Source: an uncultured archaeon
GTDB taxonomy: Archaea; Asgardarchaeota; Jordiarchaeia; Jordiarchaeales; Jordiarchaeaceae
Reading direction: 5' to 3'
Assembly: GCA_964510585.1 (NCBI GenBank)
Contig: CAZECW010000014.1
Span: 1 to 5,268, forward strand
Length of the DNA stretch: 5,268 nucleotides
Numbering within the stretch: position 1 is the stretch's first letter; each line of letters starts with the position of its first letter. Under the pieces are notes generated by a model. That model was not told the DNA's origin, did not search any database, and worked only from the letters and a program-made list of their open reading frames with translations. The translations under genes and the position numbers were made by a program. This document shows, one piece after another, positions 1 to 5,219 of the stretch.

Positions 1-80
1 TCGAAACAGTCTCTAATGGTTTGGCGTGAATTATGGAAAGGAACCACAACAGAGACTTCAACTTTTTTACTACTCGACAA
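1..80 (-). CDS. 5' fragment of a family-2 (GT-A fold) glycosyltransferase, truncated by the window edge
   Basis: The minus strand from TTG at 80 reads MSSSKKVEVSVVVPFHNSRQTIRDCF. This matches the GT2 N-terminal pattern (VSVVIP.YN....I..CL). A GGAG Shine-Dalgarno (90..87) lies 6 nt upstream. Only 26 codons are visible, so it is not in the ORF track. Confidence 0.75.
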   Translation of the reverse strand, partial: MSSSKKVEVSVVVPFHNSRQTIRDCF

Positions 81-90
81 GTTTATCTCC

Positions 91-102
91 TTCAATTAAT
101 TT
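91..102. repeat. 12-bp direct repeat TTCAATTAATTT, copy 1 (copy 2 at 1309-1320)
   Basis: Exact 12-nt match at 91-102 and 1309-1320; the flanking bases differ. The sequence is AT-rich, so its significance rests on placement. Confidence 0.5.
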
Positions 103-120
103 GAAGTGAAAACATCAAAA

Positions 121-126
121 TTTAAA
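121..126 (-). promoter_or_regulatory. possible TATA box for the glycosyltransferase gene
   Basis: TTTAAA on the minus strand, about 30 nt upstream of the GGAG SD. There is no convincing BRE. Confidence 0.3.
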
Positions 127-166
127 GATTAGCTCAAACAAATCCTTAGTCCTTCTTTAATTTTTT

Positions 167-598
167 CTAAACTGTACTTTTGAGATATGTTTTTATTCCG
201 TTGACCACAAACTTGGCGTCTTCAATGACTATTATGGCCTTTTCTCTCGTGTAATAGTCCATGGGGGTCACCCATTTACCAGCCAGCTTTAGGGGATACC
301 GTGTGTAGACGACTTCTCTCTGTATGTTTTTTCCTTTTTCAATCAATTGTAAGTACTTGTTTTCTCTTAATAATTCTGGTTTTGTTTTCCTCAGAACCGC
401 AGCTAAGCCGCTGATTGCTCGGTGATTTTTCGCTTCGTTGCCACCGAGTTTGAGGATCATTGCGTTCGCCGCGCTTTCAACAGCCATCGAAGAGTGGAAG
501 ACTGCAGCGTCATACTCTCCAGTCTCGAAGCGTTTTTCCGCCCTCAAAAGATTCACCTCGGCAATCTTCAATAACACATTTACCTTACTCTCAACCAT
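167..598 (-). CDS. HEPN domain protein, putative toxin partner of the adjacent MNT
   Basis: 143 aa with the HEPN N-terminal helices (A..NL.RAEKRFETGEYDAAVFHSSMAVESAANA), a KNH loop histidine (H59) and a TRYP motif (R100, Y101). It overlaps the MNT stop by 19 nt. Confidence 0.88.
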   Translation of the reverse strand: MVESKVNVLLKIAEVNLLRAEKRFETGEYDAAVFHSSMAVESAANAMILKLGGNEAKNHRAISGLAAVLRKTKPELLRENKYLQLIEKGKNIQREVVYTRYPLKLAGKWVTPMDYYTREKAIIVIEDAKFVVNGIKTYLKSTV

Positions 599-1212
599 AT
601 TCCCTCTTCCACCAAGTAATCATGGCTAGACTTAATCTGCTCAACCCTATCGTGTAATATCTTACCAATCTTTCCGGTTTTATCAATTAAGACTTCGTAG
701 CCCTCTGCGATGCCGTAAATGATTCCACCTTCATATGAGTAAATATTATCTAAGAAATCTTCTTCCGTGAGGATAAGTGGCTCGATGGGTATGTGGTACT
801 TATATTCTAACATCGAAATTTTTAGCATGGTTCCTTTTTTCGTCACATTGTATGGTTCACTGACAACAATTATTATGTCTAAATCGCTGTTTTCACAAGC
901 GTTTCTCTGAGCCACACTGCCGAAGAGAATTACCGCCTTCACAAATGGTAAATTTGCAACTATACATGCTATTCGCTTAGCTTGAGAAATCATATATAAA
1001 CTGAGTTCATAGGTAGAAATGGGAATTTCTTTTCTTAAACTGTACCACCTGCCACTCTTCTCTAAAACTCCCTTTTCTTTTAATTCTCCAAGTTTAATGG
1101 CCAGCCACCTATCACTCAACTCAGTTTCCTCCTTTAATTCACTGTAAGTATGTTTACCATGCTTTAAAGTCAACACAATTCGACCCTCAGAAGTTAAGGA
1201 AACCAAATCCAC
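580..1212 (-). CDS. winged-HTH fused minimal nucleotidyltransferase (MNT), putative antitoxin
   Basis: Residues ~1-60 look like a wHTH (TYSELKEETELSDRWLAIKLGELKEKGVLEKSGRWYSL). The rest carries VILFGS-X10-DLD (G98, S99, D110, D112) and a third acidic residue, E144. The GTG start lies 8 nt from a strong SD (AAAGGAGGT, 1229..1221). Confidence 0.9.
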   Translation of the reverse strand: MDLVSLTSEGRIVLTLKHGKHTYSELKEETELSDRWLAIKLGELKEKGVLEKSGRWYSLRKEIPISTYELSLYMISQAKRIACIVANLPFVKAVILFGSVAQRNACENSDLDIIIVVSEPYNVTKKGTMLKISMLEYKYHIPIEPLILTEEDFLDNIYSYEGGIIYGIAEGYEVLIDKTGKIGKILHDRVEQIKSSHDYLVEEGIWLRVR

Positions 1213-1220
1213 TCCATGTA

Positions 1221-1261
1221 ACCTCCTTTAAGTAATTAAGGGAAACAAGAGAAATAAAAAA
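1221..1261 (-). promoter_or_regulatory. SD and candidate TATA box of the MNT-HEPN operon
   Basis: SD AAAGGAGGT at 1229..1221. TATA-like TTTTTTATT at 1261..1253 would place the start site near 1230, just ahead of the SD. Confidence 0.5.
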
Positions 1262-1290
1262 CTTTACTAAGTAAAGCAATTAACTAATTG
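1262..1290. promoter_or_regulatory. two abutting palindromes, candidate wHTH operator
   Basis: CTTTACT-A-AGTAAAG (1262-1276, 7-bp arms) is directly followed by CAATTA-AC-TAATTG (1277-1290, 6-bp arms). Both sit immediately upstream of the candidate TATA on the minus strand. Confidence 0.5.
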
Positions 1291-1308
1291 TAGAATAGGA
1301 TTGTTGGG

Positions 1309-1320
1309 TTCAATTAATTT
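1309..1320. repeat. 12-bp direct repeat TTCAATTAATTT, copy 2
   Basis: Exact match to 91-102. Confidence 0.5.
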
Positions 1321-1345
1321 TTAACCTCCGGTCTCCTTCTCTGCA

Positions 1346-1353
1346 TATAAAAA
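1346..1353 (-). promoter_or_regulatory. orphan TATA-like box with no substantial ORF directly downstream
   Basis: TTTTTATA on the minus strand; the predicted start site is ~1323. Only a 9-codon ORF (1313..1284) follows. Confidence 0.35.
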
Positions 1354-1611
1354 TTATAATTATTTCTTCGTTTCGTTTACTTCGACTAATTTTTGTTCAG
1401 CAAATTTTCCCCGCCTACTTTGGCAAACAACATAATGACCACAAAAAAAGGTAGGAGAGCTGGTGCTTCATATTGACGTCTGGTGACGTATCACAAATAG
1501 AAGCTTAGTCTAAACATATGGATAAATAGACTGTGGAATCGATTAATTATGCATTCTGCGCCATGCTGTCTTATTGTAGTGATTGCAGGGCTACTGTTGT
1601 TTCTGGGTTTC

Positions 1612-1626
1612 GGGAAGGTTTATAAA
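1612..1626 (+). promoter_or_regulatory. BRE + TATA promoter of the HEPN-MNT operon, leaderless geometry
   Basis: Purine-rich GGGAAGG is followed by TTTATAAA (1619-1626). The ATG lies 22 nt downstream with no SD in between. Confidence 0.75.
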
Positions 1627-1627
1627 T

Positions 1628-1646
1628 TTTGTTAATTATTAACAAA
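1628..1646. promoter_or_regulatory. perfect 19-bp palindrome, candidate repressor operator
   Basis: TTTGTTAAT-T-ATTAACAAA (9-bp arms, 1-nt centre) fills the space between the TATA box and the start codon. Confidence 0.65.
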
Positions 1647-1648
1647 TC

Positions 1649-2023
1649 ATGGGAGGCGTTTCTATCCACGCGAAAATTGCCGAGGAAAGTTTTATGGGGG
1701 CTGTCGATGAACTTGAAAAAGGGAGATACTCGAATGTCGGTCTTCTATGTCTGAGGGCTTTAGAGCAGATGATTGAGGCTTGTGTCTCCAAGGAGGAGCT
1801 GCACTTTCATGAGAACCCGAGAACCGCACATAAGAATCGTCGCGATTGGCTTAGGAAGCATCACCCGGACCTAACGCTGTACTGGGATCAGCTTTGGGGA
1901 ATATATGGAGCTTTGGGTTATGGAGGCATAGATGGTGGAAGAGCCAAACAGGCTCTGGAAATTCTTAGGTTGTGTCTGAGAGAGTTGGGTAGGAGGGAGA
2001 GTGTTGCAATTGGGGGTCTATGA
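1649..2023 (+). CDS. HEPN-like protein (divergent), putative toxin
   Basis: 124 aa, all-helical pattern with a HEPN-type N-terminus (AEESFMGAVDELEKGRYSNVGLLCLRALEQMIEA), a TAH histidine (H61) and an LGYGG tyrosine (Y91). It overlaps the downstream MNT by 23 nt. Confidence 0.75.
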   Translation: MGGVSIHAKIAEESFMGAVDELEKGRYSNVGLLCLRALEQMIEACVSKEELHFHENPRTAHKNRRDWLRKHHPDLTLYWDQLWGIYGALGYGGIDGGRAKQALEILRLCLRELGRRESVAIGGL

Positions 2024-2582
2024 GGAAGTTTTGCGTGTTGTCAACCGGATGAAAAATGTTGAGGGAATTGTGGGTTTGTTTCTTTATGGGAGTTTCGCGC
2101 GGGGGGATTATGATGAGGGTAGTGATGTGGATCTTCTCGTAATCTTTAAGGATGGGAGAACACTCAGGGAGGGATTGGAAAAGATTTATGGAGTAACAGC
2201 TGAGACGGACCTTTTCATCCAAGCGGTAGTATTGACACTGGACGAGTTTAGAAATTCACCATTGTTCAAGACTGTGCTTCGAGAGGGGAAAGTATTTTAT
2301 GCTGGGCCTGAGTTTGGGTGGATTCTTAATCATGTGTTTAAACCGTACACGCTTATAACGTATAGTACTTCGAATCTGGGTAAGAGCGAGAGGGTGTTGT
2401 TTGCTCAGGAGATGAGAGGGAGGCGGACTGGCAAATATGTATATCAGGGGCTTCTAAAGGAGTGTGGTGGTTTCAAGGTGGGGAGGGGTGTTGTGATGGC
2501 CCCATTGGAGAACCTAGAGAAAATAAAAGGTTACCTTGAGAAGAGAAAAATTGACTACACGCTTAGATATGTTTGGATCTAA
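2001..2582 (+). CDS. minimal nucleotidyltransferase with an additional C-terminal ferredoxin-like domain
   Basis: LFLYGS-X10-DVD (G30, S31, D42, D44); the MNT core ends near VLREGKVFY (~aa 100). Residues ~113-193 form an extra domain. SD AGGAGG at 1991-1996; the start may be GTG 2001 or TTG 2004. Confidence 0.9.
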   Translation: MLQLGVYEEVLRVVNRMKNVEGIVGLFLYGSFARGDYDEGSDVDLLVIFKDGRTLREGLEKIYGVTAETDLFIQAVVLTLDEFRNSPLFKTVLREGKVFYAGPEFGWILNHVFKPYTLITYSTSNLGKSERVLFAQEMRGRRTGKYVYQGLLKECGGFKVGRGVVMAPLENLEKIKGYLEKRKIDYTLRYVWI

Positions 2583-2587
2583 TTTTT
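2583..2587 (+). terminator. possible archaeal oligo(T) terminator
   Basis: TTTTT immediately after the MNT stop codon, within the 9-nt gap to the convergent vapC. Confidence 0.3.
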
Positions 2588-2591
2588 GTGC

Positions 2592-3008
2592 TCACTCGAT
2601 GTATACTAAATTTACGCCTATCTTTTTTGCTACTTTCCCCTGTGTTTTATCACTTGTGATTAACCTGGCGGTCAGAGCCTTTGCCTGTGCCAGAAATAGA
2701 CTGTCATAAATGGGGATGTTATACTCTATGGAAATTTTTAAAGCCTTCTTGAGGTATTTCTTGCTTGGTTCTAAAATTATTACTTCCTCATCTGCAATTT
2801 TTATCATGTACTCGTAGAGCTCGAGAGCCTGTTCTACTGTTATTAACCTGTATTTTTCAACGTATTTCCATATTGCATTAGTTCCTTCTAGGATAAGCAT
2901 GTCTACTGCGTGGGGTTTTAAGCTTGGATTTAGGTAGGGAACTAGTTTTTCCCAGTTTTCTTCTTTCACTAAAAATTTTGAAAGGGCTGAAGAGTCAATG
3001 ACTATCAC
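2592..3008 (-). CDS. vapC: PIN-domain ribonuclease toxin (VapC family)
   Basis: 138 aa with an intact PIN acidic tetrad: D5 (IVIDSS), E41, D102 (IYDSLF) and D120 (LITSD). The GTG start overlaps the antitoxin stop by 14 nt. Confidence 0.93.
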   Translation of the reverse strand: MIVIDSSALSKFLVKEENWEKLVPYLNPSLKPHAVDMLILEGTNAIWKYVEKYRLITVEQALELYEYMIKIADEEVIILEPSKKYLKKALKISIEYNIPIYDSLFLAQAKALTARLITSDKTQGKVAKKIGVNLVYIE

Positions 3009-3234
3009 GGTCTTCTCTCACCAGTTTTTGTGCGGTTCCTTTTGGTGCCGCTGGGAGGCTTTGTATATAAGCTACAGCTTCCTGCAGGACTTTTCTTTTC
3101 TTATATTCCTCGATTTTACTTTTTATGAATTCCCTTATTTCCTCGCTCCAGTTAATCTTGTCCTTCAATTTATCCATTTCGTTTTTAATTTCTGGCGGGA
3201 TGCGAATGCTGAAAACACTCAAGTAATTCACCAA
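2995..3234 (-). CDS. vapB: ribbon-helix-helix (CopG-like) antitoxin, VapB family
   Basis: 79 aa with an RHH strand and helices (VFSIRIPPEIKNEMDKL..INWSEEIREFI), directly upstream of the PIN gene. The start is uncertain: TTG 3234, GTG 3231, or TTG 3222 (5 nt after a GGTGA SD). Confidence 0.88.
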   Translation of the reverse strand: MVNYLSVFSIRIPPEIKNEMDKLKDKINWSEEIREFIKSKIEEYKKRKVLQEAVAYIQSLPAAPKGTAQKLVREDRDSH

Positions 3235-3241
3235 AAAACTA

Positions 3242-3278
3242 TTTAGTATTACAAATTATAAAATTTTCGTACTACAAA
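3242..3278. repeat. two 14-bp imperfect direct repeats flanking the vapBC TATA box, candidate VapB operators
   Basis: TTTAGTATTACAAA (3242-3255) and TTTCGTACTACAAA (3265-3278) are 12/14 identical with a 23-bp period. Each has a GTA-N-TAC palindromic core. Confidence 0.65.
3256..3269 (-). promoter_or_regulatory. BRE + TATA promoter of vapBC
   Basis: Minus strand reads CGAAAA TTTTATAA, 21-24 nt upstream of the TTG 3234 and GTG 3231 start candidates. Confidence 0.8.
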
Positions 3279-3613
3279 ATAAGGCTTCACAGTCTCCCCA
3301 ATATACGAATCTCATTTCTTCAACCTTTTAGTGCACCAGTTTGTAACGAAAAAAGAGATGGTCGAGGAGACGCCAAAAATATTGTTCTCGGCTAATTAAC
3401 GTCTCCATTTGGTACTAATAAAAAGGGGAGGTGGAAACAAAAAATATTTTCACTGGGGGGCTGGCGCACCTAGACTTCTTGATCTCGGGTCGACTAAAAC
3501 TGCTTATAAGCCCATATTTCGTTGATTCTTAAGGCTATTCAAATAAAATGATTGTCTCCTCTTAAAATATGTTCGGCGAGGTTGTTGTGTTTTTTCTGGT
3601 TCAATAAGGCTGT

Positions 3614-3676
3614 TTCCCTCAAAGAGGGAAGCTTGATGATAGAGGCCTTAGCGAAACCCCATCAGAGGTTCATCAA
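3614..3676. other. adjacent inverted repeats (possible RNA stem-loops) downstream of the membrane protein gene
   Basis: TTCCCTC-AAA-GAGGGAA (3614-3630), then TTGATGA (3633-3639) with its complement TCATCAA (3670-3676). Function unknown. Confidence 0.3.
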
Positions 3677-3728
3677 ATCTGTGAAAAAATAGGTTGTAAA
3701 ATGTTTGTCGTAGCTTTGGAGAGGTGTT

Positions 3729-4781
3729 TCACAGGGTGAATGTTACGTAGTATAGCCATTTTTCTAGGAAGGTGAGTATTGCTAGTGGTATTTGGGCTAT
3801 TAGGGGAATTAGGGCTTTCAATGTGCTGGTTTTTTTGGAGGGGTTGAATGTGTATAGTGTGAGGCTGGGATAGTTGATGGTGATTTCCATGGTTTTTGCC
3901 AGTTCTTGGACGTCGCCTAGTTTTTTGTCGATTTCGCCGAGGTGTTTTAGTATGTCTTGGGGTTTCTTTTCTTTTATTGCTTTTAGGAGATTGGTGGTGA
4001 TGGTTTTGGCTTTGTTTAGGGGTTCTTTTTCGTTTTGTAGGAGGGCTAGATATAGTGTGGTTAGGGGAGGTTCTAGGTTGAATTCTTCTAGTTCTCTTAT
4101 GGTTTTTGATAGGGCGTGGTTTAGTAGGATGTATAGCATGAAGTGTAGTTGTTCTATTTTTTTGATGTCTTCTTTTGTGTATCCTTCTTTTATGCTGTTT
4201 ATTATGTTTAGGCAGGCTTGGCTTAGTGTTTCCTCACTGTCAAGCAGTGGTTGGATAAGGTATAGTATTCCAAGGGCGGAGATTAACATTATGGCTATTC
4301 TCTTTAGTGTTAGGAATATTGTGGCGTATTGTTGGAGCATGTTGTACCATATTAGTATTGTTAGGGCTGCGAGTGCGATTAGGACTAGGTACTGTAGGAT
4401 TAGGGCGGTTGAAGCGATTTTCTTGCTGCTCCTCCACTTCTGGATTATTTTTGTGCTGTTCGTTTCCTCCTGGGATTCTTTTAGGATGATTCTGGTTAGG
4501 GTTTGGGAGATTTTTATGCAAACTAGTGCCGAAGCAAATAGTACAGCAGTGAAAATTAGCGCTTTGACTGCGAATTCCCTTAGAAATATTATGTTCTGAT
4601 TTATGAAGAATGAGTACCACTTCCCATCGTAGGGATTGTAGGCGAGTGTCCACAGAAAGTGGGGATAAAATGCATAGTTGGTTGCAGGATAGAATAATAT
4701 GAATGCAACTATAAGCGCAAATAGACTCGCATATTTTGGCTCCTCTGCGAATCTCCTGAGGAAGGAGGATATTGGATGCAT
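3729..4781 (-). CDS. hypothetical multi-pass membrane protein
   Basis: 350-aa ORF with hydrophobic segments at about aa 18-32, 74-89, 123-146, 162-177 and 323-339. A charged helical region spans ~180-320. A BRE/TATA lies at leaderless distance. No family recognised. Confidence 0.75.
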   Translation of the reverse strand: MHPISSFLRRFAEEPKYASLFALIVAFILFYPATNYAFYPHFLWTLAYNPYDGKWYSFFINQNIIFLREFAVKALIFTAVLFASALVCIKISQTLTRIILKESQEETNSTKIIQKWRSSKKIASTALILQYLVLIALAALTILIWYNMLQQYATIFLTLKRIAIMLISALGILYLIQPLLDSEETLSQACLNIINSIKEGYTKEDIKKIEQLHFMLYILLNHALSKTIRELEEFNLEPPLTTLYLALLQNEKEPLNKAKTITTNLLKAIKEKKPQDILKHLGEIDKKLGDVQELAKTMEITINYPSLTLYTFNPSKKTSTLKALIPLIAQIPLAILTFLEKWLYYVTFTL

Positions 4782-4804
4782 GCTTGTTGCTTTGTCCTAG
4801 CGTG

Positions 4805-4819
4805 ATAATAAATTTTACG
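4805..4819 (-). promoter_or_regulatory. BRE + TATA promoter of the membrane protein gene, leaderless geometry
   Basis: Minus strand reads CGTAAAA TTTATTAT, ending 23 nt before the ATG at 4781. Confidence 0.6.
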
Positions 4820-5219
4820 TTCTCCCAACCAGTCTTCTCTTGTGGAGAATAATTATTATTCTTACATGTTTTTCCAGAAAAAGGGGTTGGAAGAGTTTGA
4901 AACGTGTTATGTAGTATTTGGATCATTGTGTTTTTATGGTGAGAGGGGGACGAGGGTGAATTTTGGTTGTCTGATTTTTGGTTATTTGCCTTTTTCTTTC
5001 CACATTTTTTATGGTTTGATTGATTGAGTGTTTTGCTGTGTTTTTAGTTTAGGTTACAATGTGTAGGAGGGGATGTTGGGTTTAGTTTGGGGTGTTTTGT
5101 TTTTTGGTTGTTGTGATGCTTGTATGAAAATTGGAGGCTTTTGTGGCAGATTCATCTTTATAGAGCGTTTCGTCCATAAACTAGGGGGGATGGTACTATT
5201 TTAGTCATGGGTGGGATAA

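Noticed and set aside
1-99. Plus-strand open frame 1..99 as the end of an upstream gene
   Set aside because: The opposite strand gives a recognisable GT2 N-terminus with SD, which explains the region better.
438-657. Plus-strand ORFs 438..629 and 460..657
   Set aside because: Antisense to the HEPN/MNT genes, with no motif or start signals.
1284-1329. 9-codon ORF with GGAGG upstream on the minus strand
   Set aside because: Too short to support as a gene, and the SD spacing (11 nt) is long.
1352-1361. Perfect palindromes AATTATAATT (1352-1361) and AAAATATTTT (3441-3450)
   Set aside because: Pure A/T 10-mers are expected by chance at this composition.
1965-2222. Minus-strand 85-aa ORF
   Set aside because: Antisense shadow of the well-supported HEPN-MNT genes.
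2998-3246. Plus-strand 82-aa ORF
   Set aside because: Antisense to vapB; its Phe-rich composition mirrors the Lys/Glu codons of the real gene.
3366-3406. Inverted repeat GGAGACG / CGTCTCC as a possible element end
   Set aside because: Only 7 bp, no transposase or target duplication, and compatible with chance.
3632-3676. Hammerhead-like (UGAUGA...GAAAC) or C/D-box-like (UGAUGA, CUGA) motifs
   Set aside because: The hammerhead C3 and stems I/II do not form. On the minus strand the C and D boxes are only 4 nt apart, leaving no guide region.
3874-4599. Plus-strand 241-aa hydrophobic ORF and nested 4307..4489 ORF
   Set aside because: Antisense to the 350-aa gene. The F/S/M/V/L-rich translation follows from the G+T skew, and no promoter supports it.
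4240-4926. Minus-strand 228-aa ORF in another frame
   Set aside because: It overlaps the 350-aa gene and crosses its promoter. The T-poor strand makes stop codons rare, and the N/T/P/H-rich sequence is not protein-like.
4842-5027. 61-aa plus-strand ORF containing YVVFGS, reminiscent of an eroded MNT
   Set aside because: No DXD follows in frame, and V/F/G are enriched by the G+T skew. An HMM search of all three frames would be needed to revive it.
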